This document shows, piece after piece, positions 12,568-25,623 of a stretch of 64,000 bases of DNA (positions within the stretch are counted from its first letter, which is position 1; each line of letters starts with the position of its first letter). The notes under the pieces are model-generated. The model searched no databases, had not been told where the DNA came from, and was given only the letters and a program-made list of their open reading frames with translations. The DNA lies in contig CP075493.1 of assembly GCA_021613535.1 (NCBI GenBank), positions 8,928,001 to 8,992,000 on the forward strand, given 5' to 3'. Source of the stretch: Adineta vaga. Lineage: Eukaryota; Animalia; Rotifera. Both the position numbers and the translations under genes were made by a program.

Positions 12568-13277
12568 ATGGCTACGACAGATCTTCCGTGCCAACATGAT
12601 GTCACTCCAGCCTGTACAGACTTGAGTTATTCTAAGTGTCCACACTGTTCTCTTAATCTTTGTCTCGAGCATATTCTCGAACATCAGCTACTAGTTCGTC
12701 TTGATTTCAATGAGACAATTGATCTTATCAACCAACAAAAGTTATCTTCAAATGATCATTCAGTTGTCAATGAAATGAAAGTAAAAGCTTTGGAACAACT
12801 GGATAGTTGGAAAACGACGAAAATAGAACTTGTCTTGTCTATTTATAATGGAGAACGACATCGCGTTGAAAATATTTGGGAAGAATGTATTGGTATGAAA
12901 TTGAAGGTTCAAAATCGAACTTTTGAGGAATTAACTGCATGGTCAAATACAATCGAAAAGAAGAAAAATATTCATCCACATGATATAGTTCAGCTTAAAC
13001 AGAATTAAATGGATTAAGCGCAGCTATCCAAGAAATCGAAAAAGATGTAAATGTCAAACTAAACGCCATTGCGACTGAAATCCAACTTCCGGAAATTATT
13101 GAACTTACACAGCGACTTAAATTTCAAGAAAAAGTATTTCAAGAACTTCAGCATACCTCAAAACAAAAAGATCAAATGATTCTAGCGCATAAACGTGAGT
13201 ATCAAATTTTAAGTCAACAAATCAGCGAGAAAAATGTAACGATTAGTAACTTAACACAAAGACTTCGAATGCGTTAG
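12568..13277 (+). pseudogene. Cys/His zinc-finger (B-box-like) plus coiled-coil protein interrupted by a -1 frameshift at ~13001 (pseudogene or sequence error)
   Basis: C..C...CPHC...LCLEH..EH motif; the frame stops at 13008, but the -1 frame continues ~90 codons (ELNGLSAAIQEIEKD...RLRMR*) to TAG 13277 with no intron signals. Confidence 0.6.
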
Positions 13278-13817
13278 ATATTTGATTAATCTAAGTGAAA
13301 ATCTAATTATGGAACCAAAATTACTTTTCAATTCAATGTTCTTCGCTCATGATAACCACAATTTAAGATATTCTGTATTACATAATAACTACGTGAAATA
13401 TTATTGTGATATTATTGTAAAAATAAAATCCTTTGTATTATGATTATTCTTCGTATGAATTGGCAGAGTTTTTACATTAAAATATACTGCTATGGCTTTC
13501 GAAATTATTTATGGGTGGGTGTAAAAGATTGCGATTGCATCCTCGCCTAAACAACCACCGCTAAGATTTATATAAAAACAATGTAAATTCACATCAAATT
13601 TTATAAAAAGTTATGTCAATTGAATCTTAGTTTCGGTGTTACACCGATGCAAATAATTGTCGAATTAGGAATAGTAAAAATCCTTAAATGTAAGTGTAGT
13701 TCTGCAGCGGTACCCATACTTATAATCGCTTTTTACCAACTTACACTGTCAAGAGAGCACACCAGAAATAAAACTTTCGGGAAATTTATTCAACTCTGTG
13801 ATGATCAAAGATACAGA

Positions 13818-14456
13818 TTACTGTTGATTTGTTTTTATTGGTCTATACATGACATCCGTTCTTACTGTATACTTTCGACCTTCTTTTATTGCTGATCCTT
13901 CATGTAGAATACGATGTTCAAAGATAAGTACCATTCCAGTTTTGATTGAAAATACTACTTTTTTCTTTATATCATCAACCTTAATAAATGCTGTTTCACC
14001 ACCTTTGAATTCTTCATTTAGATAAAGTTGAACAGTGAGAAAACTTTCTTCACCAGAACCATCTTGTCGTCGATATTGACCATCGGTATGAGGTGTAAAT
14101 TTTTGCCCTGGATCATAACGTAAAAAACGTAAACGTTCATTTAATCCAACCAGTTCAAATGTATTATTTTTCCAAGTGCGTGGCAAGAATGATTCTAAGC
14201 GTAGAAATAATTTATGTGCCAATTCTGGACTATCAATAATACAACGAGTACTATCACGATATTTTGTAGAAAGTATTTCACGTCCACCACCGACGTTAAG
14301 TAAAGCAGTTGTAAAACCTTTTTCCTCACCAATTTGAATCCATTCTTGACATTCTTCTGGAGAGAATATATTGGAAAGAGTAAAAGCTAGTTTTTCGCGA
14401 TCTTCTTTACTTGGCAAATGGATATTTTGCTTAAATATACTTGCATTTGCACCCAT
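13818..14456 (-). CDS. Prolyl-4-hydroxylase-like 2OG-Fe(II) oxygenase, intronless
   Basis: FSPEEC, GLNERLRFLRYDPGQKFTPHTDG (HxD), LTVQLYLN..F.GGET, LHEG, KYTVRTDVMY. Confidence 0.9.
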   Translation of the reverse strand: MGANASIFKQNIHLPSKEDREKLAFTLSNIFSPEECQEWIQIGEEKGFTTALLNVGGGREILSTKYRDSTRCIIDSPELAHKLFLRLESFLPRTWKNNTFELVGLNERLRFLRYDPGQKFTPHTDGQYRRQDGSGEESFLTVQLYLNEEFKGGETAFIKVDDIKKKVVFSIKTGMVLIFEHRILHEGSAIKEGRKYTVRTDVMYRPIKTNQQ

Positions 14457-15669
14457 GTTTCTAGAATCCTACTGCTTCGTGTTGAATGCTAGATGAGAAG
14501 TAGAATCAGAAAAAAATAACATTGATGTGGAAAAAGATCGTCAGTCTGCTAGTGAAAGAACGCAGAACAAGAAATAGTACGACGGGTTTATATTGACAGC
14601 AATACGTCATAAGTTCTTTATTATTGGTTAATAAATCTGTTATACAAAAATCTCAATTAAAGGTTATGATTCATATGACGAAGAACCTAACATGTCTAAT
14701 TATTCTTCAGATAAAAATGCAGTATAAACAATACTGCTCTATAAGTATTTAATCGATGAATGTATACAACACTAATCAGTCATCCATGAAGACTAGACAG
14801 TACTCTTACCAAATATTTCAGAAATATATGAAATGCCAGATTATTGTCTATTCCTATTCGTATGGTAATAGTCAATATTTATCTACAAAGTGTATGTGAT
14901 GATATTTTCTTTTGGGGAAAAGAGAATATTTGATCAAGAGGTGTGCTGATTTTCTCGTTTTCTGTACATAAGATGATTAGAGTATGGGATTTCATAAGAA
15001 ACGTTCGTGATTAATGACAAACAGATGATCAGACACGAAAAAGAAAGATAGATAGATCAGTATAGTTGTGCATGTCTTCGAGTGACATCTAGTTAACCAT
15101 TGAAAGAGATTCGTTACAAAGTACTTCCATCGAAAAAAGCGAAGAAAAAGAACAACTTCTTCTTTTCATTTAAAGGATTTAAAGTCGGCTAACTTTTGTT
15201 ACGATCATGATTACGAAAGTTGATCTAGTTCATTTTAGTTCCATTGTTAAAAATACTTTATCAATTTCTTCGAATTCATTTTAGGTTCTATCAATATGAT
15301 CATTCTTCGATTTGGATTGAATTGGGAGACGCTGTCTAACAAAAGAAAAGTTCTAGTCATCAAATAATGAGTTTGACTAATCGATTCTTGTCACCTATAG
15401 ATGTTTCGTTTTTCTTCTATTTTAAATAAAAATCTATTTTCTCTCTTTCTATCCAATATATAGAGATTAAAATGAATATGTATATTCTTTCCTTTATCAA
15501 TCTACATCTTTCGTCTTCTAAAGGTACATTGATCTGTATTTGATAAAAAAGAATAAATCTTTTTTATTTTTCATTTTCATTCTCATAATCATTGATACTG
15601 ATCATTATTTATATTCCTATTTAGACAAAAGTATCAATCAAATAAGAATACAAATGAATTGAAGTCAAC

Positions 15670-17114
15670 ATGACTGAATTTCGTACAGGTTAGATTTTGA
15701 TGATTCGTTTTAAACAAATGTTGATTTGATAAGAATGATCTTTAGAGACTGATCATCATTCAACAAAGAATCGAAATGCAGATATCGATTCCAAAATTGC
15801 AGATTTCATGGCTGTATGTATTCTTATAATTTCGTATTTATTTATTGCATATGAATCATTTTTAAAGGATATTGAAGAGATCGTTTGTGGTAAGAAAACG
15901 AATGATTGTCAACATCATCATCATCATCATCAACAGCAGCATGTCGAATCCGAATGGAAACAATGTTTTGATGAAACATCACAAGCGATCTATTATTGGA
16001 ATGCAAAAACAAATGAATGTTCCTGGGATCCACCTACATCAGTATCATCAAACCATATGACTGAAAATGCTAATGACGAAACTAGTAAGATTGATTCTTT
16101 TCAATTTTCATGAATATTTGTGTCATATTTTCTAGAGAAAAGACGTCAAGAATTAACTACTGATATCAAATCGCCAAAGAAACCTAAGAAGCCAAATTTG
16201 ATTGCTGAATATCCTTCATCTGATAGTGAAAGTAGTGAAGATAATGATGATGAAGAAAATGTTGATGAAATTGATGAACTTTTGGAAGAAGTACTTGATC
16301 AGAATGAAAAAGTACCAAAGAACAAAATTCCACCAGTTGATTTATATCCATTATTCGAAGCTGAATATAGAGCTGCTCTTGCACGTCTTCTTGATCTAGG
16401 TGATAAATCAGCTGATATTTTAATTTTAAGAGTTCAATTAGAAGTAAATACAACCATCATATTTTTCAATAGAAATTTAATTATTCATGTCTATATTTTA
16501 GACACGATTAGAAGATACTCTCGCTGGTCATCTATCGAAATCTTATGCTGTTAGTAAATTAGAAGAAGCACTTGTACAAATCGAAGAATTGGAGAAACTC
16601 TATTTAACGGTTAATCCATTACCGTATGCTACAATTCTTCTTAAATAAATTAACTAAAAATTCATTCATTGTCAATTTTAGAATAGTTATCGAACAAACA
16701 AAACCATCTTTAACAACGAGTGAAATGGCACTTTTACTTTCACTTCCTCCTCCACCGCCACCATCAAGTCCACCTCCACTGTCTATCTATCCTCAACCTT
16801 TATTAAATGAAGATGATGAAACTCTGCAAATGTTCTATGCACAACTCCAATCTGAAGAAATTGAACCACCGCCACCACCATCACTTCCAACTTATGACAT
16901 AGAAAAACCATCGATTGTCACAAAATCTGATCAACATCATCATCATCACCATCACAAAGATAAAAAATCTGTATATATAGAAAAATTACTTCTTTCAATA
17001 GTCAATCTTTTTTCTATTTAGAAACCAGCAAAAACTTTACCAACTGATCTCATTCAAAAATGGGCACACGCACGTCAAGAACTATGTGGTATAGCCGATA
17101 TAGATGATTCTTAA
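15670..17114 (+). CDS. FNBP4: Formin-binding protein 4-like WW-domain protein, multi-exon
   Basis: DIDSKIADFMA|DIEEI; WW domain WKQCFDETSQAIYYWNAKTNECSWDPP; QLE|TRLEDTLAGHLSKSY..SKLEEA; poly-Pro tracts; C-terminal LIQKWAHARQEL. Confidence 0.75.
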
Positions 17115-17251
17115 TATGTTAATTCTTTTCAACAAAAAAAATGTACACATAGATAACAAATACAGCACAGATTGTGAAACATATTGTGTTTATGTTTATT
17201 TGTTTGTCTGATCATTCTAGATTATTTTAATATTCATCTTTCAAAAAACCG

Positions 17252-18765
17252 ATGGCATCAGGTGAATGGTGTTTAATTGAATCAGATCCGGGTGTTTTTA
17301 CTGATCTTATTCATGGATTCGGTAGAGAGAGAAAAATATTACACACGAAAAGTTTTTATTATGAATTGATTTAGGTGCTGATGGTGTTCAAGTTGAAGAA
17401 ATTTTCTCACTTGATGATGATAGTCTTGAACAAATGAAGTAAGATAGTTGATTTTTTGTAATTGATACAGGAATTCTTTTTTTCTTCTACAGACCGTGTC
17501 ATGGTTTGATCTTTTTATTTAAATGGCAACAATCAGATACACCAACTGAGAATTTAGTTAAAGATTCGCGTCTTGATGAAATTTTCTTTGCTAGACAAGT
17601 ATATCAGAATCTTTCTCTTGAACGAGAATTATTCAAGAATTTATTTCATAGGTTATAACAAATGCTTGTGCAACACAAGCTATTGTATCCGTATTATTGA
17701 ATTGTTATCATGAAGATCTAAAACTTGGTTCGACATTGACAGACTTCAAAGAGTTTGCTCAAGCATTTGATCCACAAGTATGTTTTGAATGAATATTTTC
17801 GAAATTTACTTTTTTCTGTATTTCTAATTATTAGATGCGAGGTTTAACTTTATCAAATAGTGATAAGATTCGAGATGTACACAATAGCTTTGCAAGGTTT
17901 GTTATCAATATTTATAGTGTAAGAAAATCATATTTCATAATTATTGTTTCAGACAACAATTATTTGAATTTGATGCACGCGATGAAAAGAAAGAAGAAGA
18001 TGCCTTTCATTTTATTGCTTACATTCCATTTAAAGGTACTAATAGATTTTTCTAGATTAATTATCTAACTTTCTAATTAGGTCGTTTATATGAACTTGAT
18101 GGTTTACAAGAGGTGAGAATGAAATTGAATTTGAGTTTCACAAAACATTTCTCTTTCATTCAGGCTCCAATTGATCATGGTCCTATTCCAAAAGATACTG
18201 AATGGACTGATGTTGCTCGCCCTATTGTTCAACAACGTATGCAAAAATATAGTGAAGGTGAAATTCATTTTAGTTTAATGGCTGTTGTTAGTGAACTTCG
18301 TAGAAAATATGAAAGAGAAATGGAACGAGTATTAACTGGTAAGATATTTTCATTTCAATACATTTCATTTTGACGATAGATTCTTTCACTATTATTTAGA
18401 TCCTGCTTTGACTGATGATGAACGTAATGCAAAAACATCGCATTTATCTATGCTTGTTCATGAAGAAGAACGAAAAAGAGAATCATATCGAGTTAGTTAT
18501 CTTTGTCTAGTTTGTTCTCATATGCATTCATATCATTTATAATAATAGACGGAAAATTTTCGTCGACGACATAATTGGTTACCGTTTATAGTTGAACTTG
18601 TCAAAGCATATGCAACACAAGGAATTTTAGTGCCTGCTGTAGACAAAGTTTGTCTCATTTGTTTTCTTATTGAAAAAGAATAAATTTCTTTTGCATTCTA
18701 CATAGGCCGTGGCAAAAGAAGCTGAAAAGAAACGTGAAACAGACAAAAAACGGAAAAGAATGTGA
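17252..18765 (+). CDS. UCHL5: Ubiquitin C-terminal hydrolase L5 (UCH37), 11 exons
   Basis: MASGEWCLIESDPGVFT, GLIFLFKW, Q|VITNACATQA (catalytic Cys), DAFHFIAY, LYELDGL, ENFRRRHNW; all ten GT-AG introns join in frame. Confidence 0.95.
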
Positions 18766-19073
18766 TCGAGACAATAGACATTGATTGTTATTTTTATTAT
18801 TTTATATTTCCTTTCGAAAGAAAAAAAAACTATTTAACTATTGTCTCATGATAAAATAAAAACAGCAGCAACTCCTTTTTTTCAATGAATAGAACATATA
18901 GAAAACGAAAATCTTTCTAACAAAGATTTGGTTAACTGAATGCATGAATGATTTTATTTTGTTATTTGTTCGTCGAGGACAAAACACCTACTATACATAT
19001 TTATACTCATCAGAAGTATATTGTTTTTAATATTTGGTCAACCATCTGATTTCGAATCAATCCAGAAGAACAT

Positions 19074-19891
19074 ATGGAGCATTGCGATAGAGCGAAATGT
19101 TTATCTACAAATGAATATTCTAAAATGATTCCATCGTTCAAATTTATTATTGAAAATCTTGTTCGCATTGTCCATGATCATCATCTTCATATAAGAAATG
19201 ATCGAGCATTAGAATTCGGTAGTAGACTTTCACTTCTTACATCATTTATATTAGCGGAAAAAGTTCAGTCAATTCGATTTGCTGACTATATATTACAAAA
19301 TCTCACTGCTGTCCAAGAATGGATCGATGAAAAACCGAATGCACACGATTGGAGTGATCTTTTTGATCAAGTTATTCACGAATATCATACACAAGTAAAT
19401 TCAATTGATAGTCATTTGATAAATCTTTTTTGATTCTACAGACAGGTGATATGTCAGCAAAACGATCAGTTTGGGAACAACGTTTACGAGAAGCAATTCA
19501 TAATGGTGGTCTATTGAAATTCAATATTAATGAACATGATTGTTCAGTATTGAGTGAAGAAACCAATCATTACAACGTCATATCGAGTAATATGTGTTTA
19601 GAAAGAATTTGTGCTACACACCACGTATATATGCAAGTAATCAAACGATTATATACACTTTTGGAAGAAAATGGTTTAATTATACTAATACATGAATTAA
19701 ATCAGACTTATTTCAATCAAGATGGAAATCATCATCCTATTTTACCACTTAATCGAACCGTTGTCATTGAGGCATTGCGAGAAGCAGGTTTTGGAGATAT
19801 TCACGACGAAACTCAAGATCAAGAAGATAATGATGTTGCAGATGGCAATGTTGTTATGATAATTACTGCCTTTAAACTAAAAGCTTCTTGA
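19074..19891 (+). CDS. NNMT/PNMT/INMT-family methyltransferase-like protein, 2 exons (5' end uncertain)
   Basis: LEFGS..., FADY..QNL..VQEW..EKPNAHDWS, SNMCLERIC, LL..NG.II, VIEALREAGF; intron ~19395-19441. Confidence 0.7.
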
Positions 19892-21260
19892 TGATCTACT
19901 GATTTTTTTGCTTTAATTAATATACACATGCATTCTTGTAATGAAGAATATGCGACAAAGGTTATGTTTCATATACATAAACTAACCGATGAAAGATATC
20001 AATTCATAGAATAAAGATCTATTTCGTCTGCTGACTTTGACACAATCTCATTGCCAAATATATCAAAGCACATGCATTACTGAAACATTCTATTTGTTCT
20101 CATTATCTGAATAGAATGTAGTGATTATTTTCTATATGGTTGAATATGATTGAGACAAAGAATGTTGGACATTATTTATATTTCTCCTTGAAAAAGAAAT
20201 GACTGCGCTATTGTCCGATGAGAATCATTCTTTCATTTTATATAACGGTCGATGGACTAAAATCTCTTCAAGGAAGACATACAAGTGTTTTATATTCTCT
20301 TTTGTGTTCATTTCATGTGTTTCTGTCTCGATTGGCTTGATGAAGTGTTTTCAAGCGGATGAAAAAGAAAACGATGGCATAAAATAATTGATAGACAAAT
20401 ATATCGAGGGAAACAGTGACATTGAGTGAGATAAGTCGTTATATTCAGGTGTTTGTTTGTTTATTTGAGACATATTTCCTCGACCGAAAAAAAGCGGAAC
20501 ATGTGTTTGTTATTATTCAACATTGACACATTAGAGTTGACGCGATCAAATAAGAGAGAGAAAGAGAAAGAGAGTTCGATTATCTCATTGATCAACAAAT
20601 TCATCTTGTTGTCACATAACAAATGATTATCTAAAGTCTGCAACAGTTGCAGTTCCGGTCTGATTCTTTTCATGTTGAGTAAATGAACGAATTCAGGATA
20701 GATGAAAATGAAAGAAGAGAACTCATTCTAATGAATCGAATTCGTCACACATTAAACTTCATATATATATAAATAGAACTTCAACATTTTTTGAACACGT
20801 ATTACCTATCGTTTGAAAAGAAAGGTAAGAAGGTTGACTACTTCATAAATTCACACTACTTAGATACATTTTATCCATCGGCATTGATTGTAGTACTAGT
20901 ATTGATACTCATTTCTTCTTTTACAAACAGGTTCGATCTTATTGTTCATTTCTTCTTTGTTGACTTAACTATGAAGTGGATTCGCTCTCACTCTCTTTCT
21001 TGTCCAGTTCAAGAGATGACCGGCAAATCTTTGAGTGAAAAGTAAAGAATGAAATAGTATCTCATGAGAATATAAGACAAAATTGTATCCATATTAATTT
21101 GAACAATAAAGAAAAAGTAAAACTGTCGATTCTTATTTTCAAATGAAATTTCTGATTACCAACGATTATCGAACATATTGACCAATTCAATATTTCTTTC
21201 TCTTTTCTCCCTCTCTCTCTCTTCCACTCTTTCGTTTTCTGCCCAACGGGTGTGAAATGA

Positions 21261-21289
21261 CCTTCTTCTTCTTCTTCTTCTTCTTCTTC
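21261..21289. repeat. (CTT)n microsatellite
   Basis: About 9 tandem CTT units. Confidence 0.9.
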
Positions 21290-21602
21290 GTGTTCCATTC
21301 ATACTTTTCTTGTTTGTTCGAAAAAGCAACTTGAAGATGATGATGTTGAGTGATTGAAATATATGAACGAAAAGAATAGCTACTGACCATATATATCGGA
21401 CAGATCGATGATTGAGAAGTAATTGTCCTGGTATTAATAGCAAGCATTAGTAAGTTTTAATTTTCATGATGAAGAAGAAAGCTTTCATTTCTTTTTTGCA
21501 TATTGTCTAAGGATTTAAATGTATTGAATCTGAAGGTTATTTCAATATGTTCTTACATCATGTTTCTTCTCACTTTTCAGATTGAATTGCACCGTCCTCA
21601 TC

Positions 21603-24600
21603 ATGTTACTGCTGGTCTTTTTTCTCACCATACTTATTCCAACGTTTTCAACTGAGGAAATTTTTAAATTTAACATTGCAGAAAAATCGCCTATCAATAC
21701 AATTATTGCTGATTTATCTAATAAATTACAAATTAATCATTCATCGGCATACTATTCATTAATCGAATTAAATCCAACCAATGGAAATTTCTTTTCAATT
21801 CATAATCGAACTGGTCATCTTAAAACAATATCAAATCTTGATCGTGAAGACATGTGTTTCAAACAACAATGTTCATGTAAATCATGTGAAATGATATTTC
21901 AACTAATTGTTACAATCAACAAAACAATTCTTTCGAAAATAATCGAAATTAAAATTGAAGATCGAAATGATCATTCACCAAGTTTCGATAATCAATCAAT
22001 GATACATATCATCCATATCAAAGAAAATGTTCCTCTAGGCTATCGAATTGTTTTACCAATTGCAAATGATCCTGATGAAGGTATGTTTATTGATGTTAGA
22101 TGTATTAACCCTTAAGCATTATTTATTTTTCTTTAGGATTAAATAGTATACAATCATATCGTCTTGATGGAACGAATTCTGATGATTTTGATGTTGATTA
22201 TTCAGCGATTGAGATTCCATATTTAATTGTACGTTCATCACTCGATCATCAACATATACCATCTTATTCATTAACTTTAATTGCATCTGATAATGGTCAA
22301 CAACCCAAACCACTTTCGGGTAGAGTTCAACTTGATATTCGTGTAATAAATGACTCAATTCCGACATTTCTTCAATCGGTTTATACCATTGATGTTCGTG
22401 AAGATGTAACTATTGGAATGAATTTATTAAAAATCGAAGCAATGAGTGATCAAAATGCACAAATCTTTTATGAATTGTTAAATGACTCACCATTTATTAT
22501 CGATCGGTTAACAGGAAATATTCAGTTGAAACAATTACTTGATTATGAGAGAGAAAAATCTTATCGATTAACAATTAAAGCTTATGAAACTTCGATACCT
22601 ATTTATGCAATCGTATTCATCCGTGTAATCGATATTAATGATAATCCCGTTTCGATTCAAATTAAAGTTCAAGGTAATGAACATAGAAGAGTTTTCAATT
22701 AATATCAACAGAAATGTTTTCTTTTTATTGTTAGGCAATATAACATTAGAACAAAGAGAAAATGATCGAAACGTGATTTCAATTCCAGAAGATACATCAG
22801 TTGGTACAATATTATCACATGTTATCCTCAAAGATTTAGATTCAGTTGGTAAGTTTCGTGTGAACATCGACTGAGAATGACATAATTAATTGCACAAATG
22901 TGTACAAATGTTTCTTCAAACAATTAAGAGGAAGGAAGGTAGGGAGAGAGAGAGAGAAAGAAAAGAAAAGTAATTGGATACTTAAAGATGATTATCCTTG
23001 TCAATTATCACAATGGAATCTGTTGTTTGACATATTCTTTCATTTTTAGCCAATGGAAATCCATATTTACAATTAACAACTACTCAACCTCCATTGCCAT
23101 TTATTTACAAATTAATCTATCAAAATCTGTTTCAAAATATTAAACTTTACTCTCTTATTCTTCATACTCAACTTGATCGAGAAGCAAAATCATTCTATAA
23201 TGATATTCAATTAATTGCTCATGATTCTGGTACACCCACATTACATACACGATTATTAATCTTATTAAATATAACCGATATCAATGATTGTATACCTCAA
23301 ATTACAACGAATTCAACTATTTATGATATCAATGAAAATAATCCCATTGGTTTAATCATCGATACATTAACTGCATACGATTGTGATTTAGGTATCAATG
23401 CAGAATATGAATATCATCTATTGACTACTACAGATTTATTAATTGTTAATTCTCAAACAGGACAATTGAGTTTAAATCAATCAATCGATTTTGATGCATT
23501 AAATCAACAAAAAAATCGTACAAGTATTGATCTTGAATTTTCTATTCAAATTCGTGATCATGGACAACCATCCTTATCTAGTGAACGAAAAGTCATTCTT
23601 CGTATTCATGATGTAAATGATCACACACCTCAATTTAATCCATATCAATCATATAATTGGACATTTGCAAAATCAAGTTTACAAATGAATGCAATTCTTG
23701 GTCGAATAATCGCTCATGATAATGATTCTGGTTTACAAGGAATTGTTCATTATTCCATTCGTTCTTTTGATTCATGTTTAACATTAGATATAACATCTCT
23801 TGGTTATGTTTATCTTCTTTCTCAAACATCCTGTTCATATGTATCTTACATCTTTGAAATTATAGCAAGTGATTATGGTACACCAAATCCTCGTTCAACA
23901 AAGCAATTATTAACAATTAATATCGATTCGAATTCATTACTACTTACGTCACTCCCTAAATTGTTACCTTTATCATTTCAACGAACATTCGTAGATATAA
24001 ATTCACTTGGAAATCTTTCATTTATTATTGATATTACAACTAATCACTCAATTCAACCAAGAATTTCTTTAAATAATACAGATTTATCTGCATGTTGGAA
24101 TGTTAGTTCAACTGGCGAAGTTCGTCTCATTGCTCAACCCTACGCATTATCATATATTCTATCATTAAATATCTTCGATGATTATACAGAAGAACATTTT
24201 TCAAGCAAACTTCAAATAGATATTTGCAATAGTTCAATACGAAATTCATGTCAACAACCGATTGGTTTAGATGATCGAAAACAAAATGAACTATTATTAT
24301 TTTGGGCTATATCTTTAGCTTTAATGATTACATGTATTTGTGTATTTATCTTTTCTATTCTGACATGTTTATGTTGTCGAAAACAACGACAAGGAAAAGA
24401 AGGATCGACACATCAACAAAGTTTTTCACAATGTACTGATGATTTTCATAGTGAAAGAGTAAGAGAATTTTATTTATGGAAAGAAATTCAATTTATTGAT
24501 GTGTCTATTTCTATTTAGACTTTTAAAACTTCATCAGAATCAACAATGCGAGACGATGATCGTATGTTGATTTTCTAATTTTATTTTGTCAAATATTTAC

Positions 24601-25004
24601 TTTTCTCTTTAGGAGATTCAGCTTGTATTATCAATACAAAAATTCCATCGAGTGTCATGCCAATTCGAACAAATTCTTGGTATCAAAATCGTCGTGAATC
24701 ATCTGATGTTCCAATTTATCAAGCAAAAACCTGTTTTTATGATTTGAAATTAGCTGAATTGATACGTCATAGTCAAAATCCACCTTGTGTATTTTTGAAT
24801 CCTAAACCAGCACAATCAATAAGTACTGATCATGGATTTGGTAGTTCAGATGTTTCTCCCTCGTTGACATCTTGTTCATCAATTAAAGTTGATCATGCAA
24901 ATGTGAATCCATTGGAGTGGAGTATTGAAATGGGTGTTGATCAATCACCACCAAGACAGACGAACAGAAGTTATTTTATTTCAGATCATGAATGTGTTGT
25001 TTAG
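21603..25004 (+). CDS. Protocadherin (signal peptide, ~6-7 cadherin repeats, TM, cytoplasmic tail), multi-exon
   Basis: LDREDMC, IEDRNDHSPSF, ANDPDEG|LNSIQSY, LDYERE, DINDN, AHDSGTP, DVNDHTPQF; TM LLLFWAISLALMITCICVFIFSILTCLCC. Confidence 0.9.
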
Positions 25005-25623
25005 TAAAAATTGTTAATTTTGTCATTGTTGTGTATATTTGTTGTTTTTCTTTGCCATATAAAAACAAATTTCTCTACTAAGTGATTTGGTTTAGTCGTG
25101 AAAAAAAAATCATAAAATAATATCAATAAAAACTAATTAGACTGATGTCCGATAGGTACACTAGATTGATAGTTCTTTTTATAGCCCATTTATTCGCTTG
25201 ACTAACGAAACTACAAAGAAATAGAGAAGAGAAAAAGAACGCCTCGTATTCTATCTTGTAAAATAGATACATCCTTTATTTCACATAGAATCGTACCAAA
25301 GAAAACGTTGTTTTAATTAAATGAGAAAACGATTGATTAGTGAATTGATATTAGAATTAGTAAATCATTTTATAGATAGAAATCGAATTCATGTCGTGAT
25401 TGCTTTTTTTATTCATATGTACATAGTGTATGCCATATGGGTGATAGATAGACATCCTTATTTAAACCTTTCGTACATTTCAAATCAATCTTTTATATTA
25501 GATTCAATCATCCGTGACAGAGCAAAATAATATATAGTTACAATCAGGCATATTATAAAACATTATCTTGTTATTATTATTCTAGGTTAGCTTTTTTTAA
25601 GAAGGCTATATTTTTCTTATACA

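Noticed and set aside
12994-13008. CTTAAAC next to the frameshift as a programmed -1 slippery site
   Set aside because: Not XXXYYYZ, in the wrong phase, and no evident downstream structure
13726-13756. Partial resemblance (gctttttaccaacttac...caagag) to the bdelloid spliced-leader exon as I recall it
   Set aside because: Gapped and mismatched, with no GT donor or Sm site following; no SL RNA gene found near the 5S gene either
18940-19073. Possible extra 5' exon of the NNMT-like gene (…YTHQK|INPEEHM)
   Set aside because: Would need a 39-nt intron ending in CG instead of AG; cannot be supported without reads
21062-21447. Overlapping minus-strand ORFs with poly-E, poly-R and poly-K
   Set aside because: All three arise from the (CTT)n microsatellite read in different frames
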